64,000 nucleotides of DNA, from assembly GCA_016712535.1 (NCBI GenBank), contig JADJQW010000002.1, positions 852,458 through 916,457 on the forward strand. The letters run 5' to 3'. The stretch is from Flavobacteriales bacterium. Its GTDB lineage: Bacteria > Bacteroidota > Bacteroidia > Flavobacteriales_F > PHOS-HE28. A program made the translations under genes and the position numbers. Shown in pieces: positions 19,110 through 29,646 of this stretch; the first letter of the stretch is position 1; each line of letters begins with the position of its first letter. Below the pieces are notes generated by a model. That model saw only the letters and a list, made by a program, of their open reading frames with translations. It did not search any database and was not told where the DNA came from.

Positions 19110-19212
19110 CGCGGATCGCTGACAATTGCCAACTCCAACGCGCCTCTGCACCGGCCCCGTTCAACTTCGACCCTCCCGCCCTACATTCGCACCCGAAAGT
19201 CGGCGGAAGAGG

Positions 19213-19238
19213 AAGAGGGGACCGCCCCTCTTTTTTGT
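19213..19238 (+). terminator. rho-independent terminator after the MORN gene
   Basis: AGAGGGG-ACCG-CCCCTCT followed by TTTTTTG. Confidence 0.55.
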
Positions 19239-19264
19239 TCCAGGCCATTGAGGGACAGGCGGAT

Positions 19265-19729
19265 ATGATCACTGAAGCACTCGTGAAGCAACTGGTCGAA
19301 CGGCATCTGGAGGGCACTACGCACTTCTTGGTGGCCGTGGAAATGCGCCCCGGCAACAAGCTGGTGGTGGAGGTGGACGACGACCGCGCCATCACTCTTA
19401 ACGAGCTGGCGGCGCTGAACAAGGCCGTGCGCGACGACCTTGGCGGAGAGGCTGACAATTATGAAATGCAGTTCAGCAGCCCCGGGATGGGCCGCCCCTT
19501 CAAGGTGATGCGCCAGTACCAGAAGCATGTGGGCCGCATCGTCGACATCACCCTCCACGACGGGCGCGCGCTGCATGGTCAGCTCGCCGCCCTCAACGGC
19601 AATTCCATCAGCCTGCGCATCCAGCACCCCAGCAAGGTGAAGGGCCGCCTTCCGAAACTCGACGAGGAGCCCACCATCGTGCCCCTTGCCGACATCAAGA
19701 GCACTCAATCAACCATCACGTTCAACTGA
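19265..19729 (+). CDS. rimP: ribosome maturation factor RimP
   Basis: ORF 19106..19729. Start MITEALVKQLVERHL at 19265. It occupies the conserved position ahead of nusA-infB. Confidence 0.85.
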   Translation: MITEALVKQLVERHLEGTTHFLVAVEMRPGNKLVVEVDDDRAITLNELAALNKAVRDDLGGEADNYEMQFSSPGMGRPFKVMRQYQKHVGRIVDITLHDGRALHGQLAALNGNSISLRIQHPSKVKGRLPKLDEEPTIVPLADIKSTQSTITFN

Positions 19730-19738
19730 TCACTGGCC

Positions 19739-20978
19739 ATGGCCACCGTCAACCTCATCGAGTCCTTCGGAGAATTCAAGGACATCAAGAACATCGATCG
19801 TGTCACCATGATGGGCATCCTCGGAGGATGTCTTCAAGGGCGTGGTGCTCCGCCGCTTCGGAGAAGAGGCCAAGGTCGATATCATCATCAACCCCGATAA
19901 GGGTGACCTTGAGGTGTGGCTCAACCGCGTGATCGTGGAGGACGGCTTCAGCGAGGATGACAACCTGGATATCGAGCTGAGCGAAGCGCGCAAGATCGAC
20001 CCCGACTTCGAGGTGGGCGAGGAAGTGAGCCAGGAAGTGAAGATCGAGGACTTCGGCCGCCGCAACATCCTTGCGCTGAAGCAGAACCTGCAAGCGCGCA
20101 TCACCGAGCTCGAGAAGGACCACCTGTACAACAAGTACAAGGAGCGCGTGGGCGAGATCATCACCGGCGAGGTGTACCAGGTATGGAAGCGCGAGACCCT
20201 CATCATCGATGACGAGGGCAACGAGCTGCTCATGCCGAAGGACCAGCACATCAAGACCGACTTCTTCAAGAAGGGAGACACCGTGCGCGCCGTGGTGTGG
20301 AAGGTGGAGATGGTGAACAACAGCCCGAAGGTGATCCTGAGCCGCACCGCGCCGGAGTTCCTGGCCAAGCTGTTCGAGCAGGAGGTGCCCGAAGTGGCCG
20401 ATGGCCTGATCACCATCAAGCGCATCGTGCGCGAGCCCGGTGAGCGAGCCAAGGTGGCGGTGGAGAGCTACGATGACCGCATCGACCCGGTGGGCGCCTG
20501 CGTGGGCATGAAGGGCAGCCGCATCCATGGCATCGTGCGCGAGCTGCGCAACGAGAACATCGACGTGATCAACTACACGGCCAACGAGCAGCTGCTGATC
20601 CAGCGCGCCCTCAGCCCCGCCAAGGTCGGCGACATCAAGCTGAACGCCGAGACCAAGCGCGCCGAGGTGTACATGAAGCCCGACCAGGTGGCCCTCGCCA
20701 TCGGCAAGGGCGGCCATAACATCAAGCTCGCTGGCCGCCTCACGGGCTACGACATCGATGTGTACCGCGACACCGATGAGGTCACCGACGATGTGGCGCT
20801 TGACGATTTCGCTGACGAGATCGACGAGTGGATCATCAACGAGCTGAAGAACATCGGCTGCGATACCGCCCGCAGCGTGCTCGATATCCCCGCTGAGGAT
20901 CTCGTGAAGCGCACGGACCTGGAGGAAGAGACCATCGCCGAAGTGCTCCGCATCCTGAAAGCCGAACTGGAAGCCTGA
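19739..20978 (+). CDS. nusA: transcription termination/antitermination factor NusA, interrupted by an apparent +1 frameshift near 19821-19827
   Basis: The conserved NusA N-terminus (MATVNLIESFGEFKDIKNIDRVTMMGIL) is encoded from the ATG at 19739. This frame stops after roughly 50 codons. The rest of NusA (VLRRFGEEAKVDIIINPDKGDLEVW… through the KH and AR domains) is ORF 19842..20978 in the +1 frame. Deleting one G from CTCGGAGGATGTC restores ILEDVFKGVVL. Confidence 0.8.
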
Positions 20979-21050
20979 CGGCCCGGAAACGCACAGCCGC
21001 AAGGGCAGGCAAGCCGAAGGACCTAGAAGAAAGCCGAACCAACCAACCGC

Positions 21051-23723
21051 ATGAGCGAAGCGACGGAGAAGGGCATACGATTGAGCAAGGTGACGCGCGA
21101 GTTCAACCTCGGGCTGCACACGGTGGTGGAGTTCCTGGCCAAGCAGGGCCACACGGTGGAGAGCAACCCCAATGGGAAGATCTCCAACGCGCTTTACGAC
21201 CTGCTGCTGGCCGAGTTCGGCAAGGACAAGGAGATCAAGGCACAAGCGCAGCAGACGGTGCAGTTGCGCCACGACCGTGAGTCGATCGTGCTGGGCACCG
21301 GAGCCGCTAAAGCAGAGCCGAAGGCCAAGGTGAAGGAGGAGGCCAACGCGATCGTCCATGGCGCGCCCCCGGCGGCAGAACCGCCCAAGGCTCCTGCTCC
21401 ACCTCCAGCGCCGATCACGGAGCCCGAGGTGATCAAGGCCAAGGTGGAGAAGACCGTAGGACCGAAGACCCTTGGCAAGATCGACCTCGATGCAACGAAG
21501 AAGGGCGCCAAGAAGAAAGCCGAGCCTGCTGCCGAAGCGCCCGCCGAAGCCCCTGCGGCGCCGGTTCAGCCAGCGGCGCCAGCTGCACCTGCTGCTCCCG
21601 AAGTGCCCGCCGAGCCGGAGACCATCCGCGTGAACGTGCAGAAGCTGGCCGGCGTGAAGCAGATGGGCAAGATCGAGCTGCCCGTCGAAAAGGAGCGCAA
21701 GCCTGCGGAGAAGCCGGACTATGAGCGCGGCAAGCGCAAGCGCCTTGTGAAGCCTGGGCCCGTGAATGTGGACCGCGCCGTGCAGGCCGAGCAGCGCACG
21801 GCCCCGCGTCCCGGCGAACTCGATGAGAACGCCGTGAAGCGCAAGGTGAGCGAGACCCTTGCCCGCCTCACCGGTGGCAAGAGCCGCGGCGCCAAGATGC
21901 GCCGTGAGAAACGCGATCAGCGCGGCCGCCGATTCGAGGAGGAGCAGGCCGCGCGCGAGTTGGCCGGGCAAACGCTCAAGGTCACCGAGTTCGTGACCGC
22001 AAGCGAATTGGCGAGCATGATGAGCGTGCCCGTCACCGACATCATCAAGGCCTGCTTCGCCTTGGGCATGATGGTGAGCATCAACCAGCGCCTCGATGCC
22101 GAGACCCTCGCCGTGATCGCCGAAGAGTACGGGTTCAAGGTGGAGTTCGTGGGCGCTGATGTGCAGCAGGATGTTCAGTCCGAAGAGGATGACCCCGCGC
22201 GCGTCGTCCAACGTGCGCCGATCGTCACCGTGATGGGCCACGTTGACCATGGCAAGACCTCCTTGCTCGATTACGTGCGCAAGGCCAACGTCATTGCTGG
22301 TGAGGCCGGTGGCATCACCCAGCATATCGGCGCTTACAGCGTTGAGCTCGACAACGGCAAGCGAATCGCTTTCCTCGATACCCCCGGCCACGAGGCCTTC
22401 ACCGCCATGCGCGCGCGCGGCGCCCAGGTCACTGATATCGCCATCATCGTGATCGCGGCGGACGACAGCGTGATGCCGCAGACCCGCGAAGCCATCAACC
22501 ATGCGCTGGCCGCCGGCGTGCCCATGGTCTTCGCCTTCAACAAGATGGACAAGCAGGGCGCCAACGCGGACAAGATCCGCGAGGAGCTCTCGCAGATGAA
22601 TATCCTGGTGGAGGAATGGGGCGGCAAGTTCCAGACGCAGGAGATCAGCGCCAAGAAGGGCACCGGCGTGGATCAGCTCTTGGAGAAGGTGCTGCTCGAA
22701 GCGGACCTGCTCGACCTGAAGGCCGATCCCGGCAAACGCGCCCACGGCGTGGTGATCGAGAGCACGCTCGAGCAAGGCCGCGGCTATGTGACCACCCTGC
22801 TCGTCGATGCCGGAACGCTGCGCAAGGGCGATGTGATCCTTGCCGGCCAGTTCAGCGGCCGCGTGCGCAACATGTTCAACGAGCGCGGCCAGCAGGTGCA
22901 GGAAGCGCCGCCATCAACGCCCGTCTCCATCCTCGGCCTCGATGGCGCCCCGAACGCCGGCGACACCTTTCAGGTGTTCGAGGATGAGCGGGACGCGCGC
23001 GCCATCGCCACCCGCCGCCAGCAGCTGCAGCGTGAGCAGGGCATCCGCACGCACAAGCACATCACGCTCGACGAGATCGGCCGCCGCCTCGCCATCGGCG
23101 ATTTCAAGGAGCTCAACCTCATCGTCAAAGGCGATGTGGACGGTTCGGTGGAAGCGCTCACCGATTCGCTGCTCAAGCTCAGCACCGAGCAGATCAAGGT
23201 GAACGTGATCCACAAGGCCGTGGGCCCCATCGCCGAGAGCGATGTGCTGCTCGCCACGGCCTCCAACGCCATCATCGTCGGTTTCCAGGTGCGCCCAACG
23301 CCAGGTGCGCGGAAGCTGGCCGAGACCGAAGAGATCGACATCCGGCTCTACTCCATCATCTACAACGCCATCGAGGAGATCAAGCAGGCCATGGAAGGCA
23401 TGCTCGCGCCCAAGGAGGTGGAGAAGATCACCGGCACCGCCGAGGTGCGCGAGACCTTCAAGATCAGCAAGGTGGGTACCGTGGCCGGTTGCTACGTGCT
23501 CGACGGCAAGATCGAGCGCAAGAACAAGGTGCGCCTCATCCGGGATGGCATCGTGGTCTATACCGGCGACCTCAACGAACTGAAGCGCTTCAAGGACGAC
23601 GTGAAGGAGGTGACCCACGGCTACGAGTGCGGCCTCTCCATCAAGAACTTCAACGACATCAAGGTCGGCGACCACGTCGAGGCCTTCGTGATCGAGGAGG
23701 TGAAGCGGACCCTGGGGGAGTGA
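21051..23723 (+). CDS. infB: translation initiation factor IF-2
   Basis: 890 aa. GTP-binding motifs ([21 protein letters not shown]) and a Pro/Ala-rich N-terminal linker. Confidence 0.95.
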   Translation: MSEATEKGIRLSKVTREFNLGLHTVVEFLAKQGHTVESNPNGKISNALYDLLLAEFGKDKEIKAQAQQTVQLRHDRESIVLGTGAAKAEPKAKVKEEANAIVHGAPPAAEPPKAPAPPPAPITEPEVIKAKVEKTVGPKTLGKIDLDATKKGAKKKAEPAAEAPAEAPAAPVQPAAPAAPAAPEVPAEPETIRVNVQKLAGVKQMGKIELPVEKERKPAEKPDYERGKRKRLVKPGPVNVDRAVQAEQRTAPRPGELDENAVKRKVSETLARLTGGKSRGAKMRREKRDQRGRRFEEEQAARELAGQTLKVTEFVTASELASMMSVPVTDIIKACFALGMMVSINQRLDAETLAVIAEEYGFKVEFVGADVQQDVQSEEDDPARVVQRAPIVTVMGHVDHGKTSLLDYVRKANVIAGEAGGITQHIGAYSVELDNGKRIAFLDTPGHEAFTAMRARGAQVTDIAIIVIAADDSVMPQTREAINHALAAGVPMVFAFNKMDKQGANADKIREELSQMNILVEEWGGKFQTQEISAKKGTGVDQLLEKVLLEADLLDLKADPGKRAHGVVIESTLEQGRGYVTTLLVDAGTLRKGDVILAGQFSGRVRNMFNERGQQVQEAPPSTPVSILGLDGAPNAGDTFQVFEDERDARAIATRRQQLQREQGIRTHKHITLDEIGRRLAIGDFKELNLIVKGDVDGSVEALTDSLLKLSTEQIKVNVIHKAVGPIAESDVLLATASNAIIVGFQVRPTPGARKLAETEEIDIRLYSIIYNAIEEIKQAMEGMLAPKEVEKITGTAEVRETFKISKVGTVAGCYVLDGKIERKNKVRLIRDGIVVYTGDLNELKRFKDDVKEVTHGYECGLSIKNFNDIKVGDHVEAFVIEEVKRTLGE

Positions 23724-23744
23724 TTCCCTGTCCTATTGCAAGAG

Positions 23745-23768
23745 AGCCGGCACCGCCGGCTTTCTTCG
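23745..23768 (+). terminator. hairpin terminator after infB
   Basis: AGCCGGC-ACC-GCCGGCT followed by TTCTTCG. Confidence 0.55.
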
Positions 23769-23927
23769 TTCAAGCCACTGTGTTCATCTTCAGTGGATGG
23801 AATTCGCCCGGCCCTGGCTTCCGAAACGGCCTTGCACTTCCATGACGATGGCACCGCATCCTGACAATCATGCGACAGAGCGTTGGATCCTCGGGACTTG
23901 CTTCGCGGCCGGAAATCCAACCTGCAC

Positions 23928-25166
23928 ATGCGCATCGCTGCACTTCTCCCCGCCGCCATCATGAGCTCGGCGATCCTCGCCCAAACCACCGTCACCACTG
24001 CTCCGCAGAACGCGCAGCAGGTCTATTACAGCCTCAGCGACGGCGTGGTCGCCAGCACGGCCCTCGCCGATTGGGACCTCGCCTTCGAGCTCACCGGCAT
24101 CACCGGCAGCATCCTGCTGAACACCGCCAAAGGGCACAAGCTGTACAAGGCGCCCTACACGCTCGCGCAATGGGGCAGCATAGACACCACCGGCCTCAAT
24201 GCTTCCTGGCCCCAACAGCACAACAGCGAGTCCGATTGGAGCAGCGGCGCGTTCAATCAGGGCCTCACCACGAATCCCTTCGACCTCGGCTGGGGCATCT
24301 ACAACTTCGTCACGCACAACATCACCGGCGATAGCTGCTTCGTGCTGAAGCTGAGCACCGGCTATTGGAAGAAGCTGCGCATCGATGGATTCACGGCCGC
24401 CACCAATAGCTTCTCCTTCACGTGGGCCGACCTCGATGGCGCGAACGAGCAGAGCGGCAGCCTGGTGCGCTCCGCCTATCCCGGCAAGAACTTCGGCTAC
24501 TACAGCCTCGTCACCAACGCTGCCCTCGACCTCGAGCCCCTCGCTGCCGACTGGGACCTGCTCTTCACCAAATACATGGGCTTTGTAACCCAGCCCTTCC
24601 CGGCATACTATCCGGTGGCGGGCGTGCTGCAGAACAGGATGGTCGAAGCTGTCCAGATCGACGGCGTGCCCACGGCCGATGCAACTTATTGGGGCGAGAC
24701 CTTCGATGCCGATATCGATGTGCTCGGCTTTGATTGGAAGAACTTCAACCAAGCCACCTTCCAATGGGAGTACGCGCAGGACCGCACCTACTTCGTGAAG
24801 GACCGCAGCGGCTCCATCTGGAAGATCGTCTTCGTGAGCTACGGCGGAAGCGCCAATGGCAATTTCGTTTTCAATCAGGAGCTCGTCGGACAGGCGTCGG
24901 TGGATGAAGCCGGCCGCAGCAGCGCCCTGGCGATCGCTCCGAACCCGGCGGTGAGCACGACGAACCTGATCATCGCTTCGGAGGCGCGCTCCGCGCAACT
25001 CAGCATCATCGACATGAACGGTCGCGTTGTCGGCCAACAGTCGCTCACCGGGTTGAGCGGCCTTGTTCAGCGGCCCATCGACGTGAGCGCATTGCCCGCA
25101 GGCCTTTATCTCATCCGCGTGCAGGGCGATGGCATCGATGCCACCATGCGCTTGGTGAAGGAGTGA
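23928..25166 (+). CDS. HmuY-like protein with T9SS C-terminal sorting domain
   Basis: ORF 23883..25166. Start MRIAALLPAAIMSSAILAQT. Shares the DWDLAFE / GxYxxxxL blocks with the HmuY paralog at 28682. C-terminal …IAPNPAVSTTNLII…GLYLIRVQGDG is a T9SS CTD. Heme-locus context. Confidence 0.55.
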   Translation: MRIAALLPAAIMSSAILAQTTVTTAPQNAQQVYYSLSDGVVASTALADWDLAFELTGITGSILLNTAKGHKLYKAPYTLAQWGSIDTTGLNASWPQQHNSESDWSSGAFNQGLTTNPFDLGWGIYNFVTHNITGDSCFVLKLSTGYWKKLRIDGFTAATNSFSFTWADLDGANEQSGSLVRSAYPGKNFGYYSLVTNAALDLEPLAADWDLLFTKYMGFVTQPFPAYYPVAGVLQNRMVEAVQIDGVPTADATYWGETFDADIDVLGFDWKNFNQATFQWEYAQDRTYFVKDRSGSIWKIVFVSYGGSANGNFVFNQELVGQASVDEAGRSSALAIAPNPAVSTTNLIIASEARSAQLSIIDMNGRVVGQQSLTGLSGLVQRPIDVSALPAGLYLIRVQGDGIDATMRLVKE

Positions 25167-25309
25167 TTCACTTAGTGGGTTGGGCCGGACGCACGGCCAT
25201 CGCTCACCAGTTGAGGGTTGGAGGTTGATGGAACCTTCATTCGTCAACCCGACTTAATACCACGATTGCGGTATTGCCGGTTCTTGCGTGGTGGGGCTGC
25301 TTTGCGGCC

Positions 25310-26371
25310 ATGATCACTGAAACGACTACCGACCTGAAAGAGCGCTGGGATGCGCTGCTCGCCAACGACCCCAAGCTCCGGATCCGCAATGCGGCCGCGG
25401 AGCTGGGCGTGAGCGAGGGGGAATTGCTCGTCACGCGCATCGACGATGGCGTCACGCGGCTGAATCCAGAGTTCAAGGCGATCATGGCCGCTGTGCCTGC
25501 GCTGGGACGGGTGATGGCGCTCACGCGCAACAACGATGTGGTGCATGAGCGCAAGGGCGCTTACCTGAATCCGTCGCTGGAGCACGGGCCAGTGGGGCTC
25601 TTCGTCGGCGCCGACATCGACTTGCGCATCTTCTGGCACTCGTGGGCGCACGCGTTCGCCGTGGTCGAAAGCGGTCGCGATGGCGCGCGCCACAGCCTTC
25701 AGTTCTTCAGCGCGGCCGGTGACGCCGTGCACAAGATCTACTTGGTTCCTGAGAGTGATGCCGGTGAATACCATGATCTGGTGTCGCGCTTCCGAGCCGA
25801 GGACCAAACGCCCTCCATGATGGTGCGGCCCGCTGGGCCTGCGCGCTCGGAGCGCCCAGACGCTGAGATTGCTGCGGCCGGACTGCGTGAAGGATGGCTC
25901 AACCTGAAGGACACGCACGATTTCCATCTGCTGCTGCGGCAGCACGGGGTCTCGCGCACCCAGGCACTTCGCCTGGCTCCCGAGGGGGATTACGCTGTCC
26001 CGGTGCAGCCCGGTGCATTCCGCGCGGTGACAACGGCGGCAGCAGCAGAGCAATGCCCCATCATGGTCTTCGTGGGCAATCCGGGCGTGCTGCAGATCCA
26101 CACCGGCACGGTGAGCAAGCTGTTGGACATCCCTGGGTGGTTCAATGTGGTGGATCCTGATTTCAACCTGCATGTGCGCGAAGCGGCCATTACACAAGCC
26201 TGGGTGGTGCGCAAGCCCAGCGCCGACGGCATGATCACGGCCCTGGAGTGCTACGATGCGGAGGACGAGCAGCTCGTGCAGCTCTTCGGCAAGCGCAAGC
26301 CGGGCATCCCGGAGCTGGAGCACTGGCGCGCGATCATTGCCAAGGCCGAGGCTGAACTGCGCCTGGCCTGA
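25310..26371 (+). CDS. hemS: hemin-degrading/heme-chaperone protein HemS/ChuS/ChuX family
   Basis: ORF 25274..26371. Start MITETTTDLKERWDALLANDPKLRIRNAAAELGVSEGELL. About 353 aa with a two-repeat architecture typical of HemS. Confidence 0.75.
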   Translation: MITETTTDLKERWDALLANDPKLRIRNAAAELGVSEGELLVTRIDDGVTRLNPEFKAIMAAVPALGRVMALTRNNDVVHERKGAYLNPSLEHGPVGLFVGADIDLRIFWHSWAHAFAVVESGRDGARHSLQFFSAAGDAVHKIYLVPESDAGEYHDLVSRFRAEDQTPSMMVRPAGPARSERPDAEIAAAGLREGWLNLKDTHDFHLLLRQHGVSRTQALRLAPEGDYAVPVQPGAFRAVTTAAAAEQCPIMVFVGNPGVLQIHTGTVSKLLDIPGWFNVVDPDFNLHVREAAITQAWVVRKPSADGMITALECYDAEDEQLVQLFGKRKPGIPELEHWRAIIAKAEAELRLA

Positions 26372-26420
26372 CGCTGGCGTGACAGGCGCGATCGGGATTG
26401 CCGGGATCTTCGCGCAGCGA

Positions 26421-28685
26421 ATGAACCTGGCTCCGCGGCTCTTGATCCTGATGGTTTGCTCCGCTTGGAGCACCATCACCAGCGCCCAGCTAAACGTGCG
26501 TGTCGTTGAGGCCGATTGCACAACCCCGGTACCCTACGCGCATATCCAGTACCGCGTGCTGAAGGAGGCCATGACGAAGCTCGTGGTGAGCGGCGCCGAA
26601 GGCCGATGCTCCATTCCCGTGAGCGCGGAGCAGCTCAGCAGTGGCGTGGCCATGTCGGTGTCCTTCGTCGGCTATGCCACATTGCACGATACGCTGCGGT
26701 CGTCAGCGCCTGTCGTATTCACCCTGAAGCGTGATGCAGCGGCGCTTCGCGAATTCGTGGTCACCGGACAGTATGCGCCAGGCACCGTGGAAGGAGCGGT
26801 CCAGAAGCTGCGCGTGATCGATGGCCAGCGCATCCAGCGCATGGCCGCGCAGAACCTCGGTGACGCACTGAGGGATCAATTGAACTTGCGGCTGGCCCAG
26901 GACAATATGCTCGGCTCATCGGTGAGCATGCAGGGCCTGGGCGGCGAGAACGTGAAGGTGCTGATCGACGGCGTGCCCGTTACCGGAAGGCAGAACGGCA
27001 ACGTGGACCTTTCGCAGATCGACCTCACGGGCATCGACCGCATCGAGCTGGTCGAAGGCCCGCTCAGCGTGAATTACGGCACCAACGCGCTCGCGGGCAC
27101 GATCAACCTGATCACGAAGAAGAGCGGGCAGGCGCCCTCAACAGCGCGCGCCTCCGTTTACACCGAGCACATCGGCAGGCTGAATGCCACCGTTGGTGTC
27201 ACGCGGCGATGGGGCAGGAGCGAGGCCGTTGTCTCTGGAGGGCGTAACCTCTTCCTTGGCTGGGATCCGCGGCAGAGCGGATTGCCGGCGCTGCGCGCGC
27301 AAGTGGCCGACACGAATCGGTTCCAGCAATGGAAGCCGCGCGAGCAGTTCTTCGCCCGTGCCAACTACCGATGGACCGGCGATCGCTGGGGCTTCGGCTG
27401 GAAGGGCGAGGGACTTCACGACCGCATCATCGATCGGGGCCGTCCGCGCGCGCCGTACAACGAGAGCGCCCTCGATGCCGCGTACCTCACCACCCGCCTG
27501 GACAATGCCCTCTTCGCCGAAGGCCGGTTCACGAAGGGACGCAGGCTGAATGCCCTCGCTGCCCATAACCGCTATTCGCGCACGCGCAACACCTGGTTGC
27601 GCGACCTCACCACGCTCGGCGAGGAATTGAGCCAGGCCGATGGCGCGCAGGACACCACGCGCTTCACCCTCACCAACGTGCGCGCCTCCTTCAGCTCGGC
27701 CCCGGACAGTGCACGGATGCATTACGAGCTCGGCATTGACCTCAACCGCGAGACCGGCTCCGGCGACCGCATCAACGGTGAGCGCACCATCGGCGACTAC
27801 GCGGGATTCGCCAGTGCGGAATGGCGCCCGACCGATGCGATCACATTGCGTCCGGGCGTTCGCTACGCGCACAACACGCTTTACTCCGCTCCGCTGATCC
27901 CCTCCCTGAATGCGCGTTGGCGCCTTGGGGAGCGGTTCAACCTGCGCGCTTCCTACGCCGAAGGGTTCCGGGCACCGTCGCTCAAGGAACTGCACCTCTA
28001 CTTCGTGGATGTGAACCACGACATCACCGGCAATCCTGACCTGAGCGCGGAGCGCTCGCGCAGCGCTTCCGCAGGTTTGAGCTATCGCCGCGTCAAAGAC
28101 CGCGTGGTGTACACGAGCGAGCTCAATGGCTTCTTCAATTCCGTGCGCGACCTGATCACGATCGCGCAGCGGGAGGGCTCCAGCTTCACGTATGCCAACA
28201 TCGGTCGTTTGCGCACGGCTGGCGCAAGCATGGGCGCGGGCTGGGACAACGGACATTGGATGGTCAGTGTGGGAGCGGCCATCACCTTGCGCGCCGATGA
28301 TCTGGAGGGCGGGGGCCTCGGTGAATGGATGAGCACGCCGGAATTGCGCGGGTCCATCACACGGCAATGGATGCGGCATGGCTGGAGCGCTTCGCTGTTC
28401 TGGAAGCACCAGGGCGAGCAGCCGGGCTACAGCGTTGGCCTCGATGGCAGCGTGCAGCGCGGCAGCATCGAAGCCTTCCAATTGGCCGATGCCACCATCA
28501 CCAAGCAGCTCTGGGCGAAGCGCCTCACGCTCTCTGCGGGCTGCAAGGACCTCTTCGATGTGCGCAACCTCAACGCCACGCTCACCAGCGGGGTGCATGA
28601 TGCCGGAACAGGCAGCGTGCCGATGACCACCGGCCGGACCTTCTTCTTGCGGGTGGAGCTGGAATTGAAACGCAAACAGGCATGA
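26421..28685 (+). CDS. TonB-dependent heme/hemoglobin receptor (HmuR-like)
   Basis: ORF 26256..28685. Start MNLAPRLLILMVCSAWSTITSAQ. CarboxypepD_reg-like N-domain, plug domain (IDRIELVEGPLSVNYGTNALAGTINLITKK) and a beta-barrel ending on F-rich strands. Flanked by hemS and HmuY. Confidence 0.8.
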   Translation: MNLAPRLLILMVCSAWSTITSAQLNVRVVEADCTTPVPYAHIQYRVLKEAMTKLVVSGAEGRCSIPVSAEQLSSGVAMSVSFVGYATLHDTLRSSAPVVFTLKRDAAALREFVVTGQYAPGTVEGAVQKLRVIDGQRIQRMAAQNLGDALRDQLNLRLAQDNMLGSSVSMQGLGGENVKVLIDGVPVTGRQNGNVDLSQIDLTGIDRIELVEGPLSVNYGTNALAGTINLITKKSGQAPSTARASVYTEHIGRLNATVGVTRRWGRSEAVVSGGRNLFLGWDPRQSGLPALRAQVADTNRFQQWKPREQFFARANYRWTGDRWGFGWKGEGLHDRIIDRGRPRAPYNESALDAAYLTTRLDNALFAEGRFTKGRRLNALAAHNRYSRTRNTWLRDLTTLGEELSQADGAQDTTRFTLTNVRASFSSAPDSARMHYELGIDLNRETGSGDRINGERTIGDYAGFASAEWRPTDAITLRPGVRYAHNTLYSAPLIPSLNARWRLGERFNLRASYAEGFRAPSLKELHLYFVDVNHDITGNPDLSAERSRSASAGLSYRRVKDRVVYTSELNGFFNSVRDLITIAQREGSSFTYANIGRLRTAGASMGAGWDNGHWMVSVGAAITLRADDLEGGGLGEWMSTPELRGSITRQWMRHGWSASLFWKHQGEQPGYSVGLDGSVQRGSIEAFQLADATITKQLWAKRLTLSAGCKDLFDVRNLNATLTSGVHDAGTGSVPMTTGRTFFLRVELELKRKQA

Positions 28686-29641
28686 AATCCCTCACCTTCG
28701 CGCTAGCTGCAGCGCTCCTGAGCTCGTGCTTGAAGGAGGAGCTGCCGGCTCCGCGTGCGCCTCGCGGCGATGCGCGCAGCACGCAACTCTGCATGGGCGC
28801 TGGTTATGCCAACCAGCTCTGGTTCGACTTGGGCAGCGGCACTGTGGTGAGCGAGAACCCGCGCAGCGATTGGGACCTCGCTTTCGAGAGCGCTCCCGAC
28901 GGCTGGCGCGTGCTGCTCAATGGCGCGCGCTTGATGACCGTTTGGCCGCTCGGCCCGGTTGACATCACGGCACCGCACGATACAACTGGCCTGAGCGCCA
29001 TCCGCCGCGTCGATGCGGCGAGCCTGCAACCCGATAGCCTGGCCTTCGGCGATTGGCGCGGCACCAATGGCGTGTTCATTGTGGACATGGGCGTGAGCGC
29101 GGATGGGGAGTTCCTGGGCTTGCGCAAGCTGAAGCTCTTGGGCGTTGGAGTGGACGCATTCCAATTGGAATGGGCGAACCTCGACGGAAGCGGGCTCACC
29201 GGCGCCACGGTGCCGAAGGACCCGCAGCGCGCGTTCACGTCCTGGAGCTTCACCACGGGCGTGCAGCCCATCGAGCCGCTCATCGGGACATGGGACCTCT
29301 GCTTCACGCAGTACACGCATCGCTTCGAGACCTATAGCCTCGACTACCTCGTGAACGGGGTGCTTTCCGCTACCACTACGCGCATCGCCCGTGCCACAGG
29401 GCGAGACTTCGCATCCATAACCGTGGCCGATACGCTCACCTTCCCGCTTCGCGCGGAGCGCAATGCCATCGGCTACGATTGGAAGGTGTATTCCTTTGAG
29501 ACCAGTTCCTACAGCATCGTTCCGGACCTCGCCTTCATCGTGAAGGATGCGGACGGTTACTTGTACAAGCTGCGCTTCATCGAATTCTACGGGCCGCAGG
29601 GACAGACCGGCTGCCCGCTCTTCGAGACGGTGCTGTTGTGA
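28682..29641 (+). CDS. HmuY-family heme-binding lipoprotein
   Basis: 319 aa. Lipoprotein signal MKSLTFALAAALLSSC. DWDLAFE motif. 4-nt overlap with the receptor gene. Confidence 0.6.
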   Translation: MKSLTFALAAALLSSCLKEELPAPRAPRGDARSTQLCMGAGYANQLWFDLGSGTVVSENPRSDWDLAFESAPDGWRVLLNGARLMTVWPLGPVDITAPHDTTGLSAIRRVDAASLQPDSLAFGDWRGTNGVFIVDMGVSADGEFLGLRKLKLLGVGVDAFQLEWANLDGSGLTGATVPKDPQRAFTSWSFTTGVQPIEPLIGTWDLCFTQYTHRFETYSLDYLVNGVLSATTTRIARATGRDFASITVADTLTFPLRAERNAIGYDWKVYSFETSSYSIVPDLAFIVKDADGYLYKLRFIEFYGPQGQTGCPLFETVLL

Positions 29642-29646
29642 CCGGC

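Noticed and set aside
21330-21720. Pro/Ala-rich repeats near the 5' end of infB
   Set aside because: This is the normal low-complexity linker of IF-2 N-terminal domains. It is not an independent repeat element.
19803-22775. 990-aa minus-strand ORF spanning nusA-infB
   Set aside because: Antisense to two universally conserved genes. The His/Leu/Ala/Gly-rich translation has no motifs.
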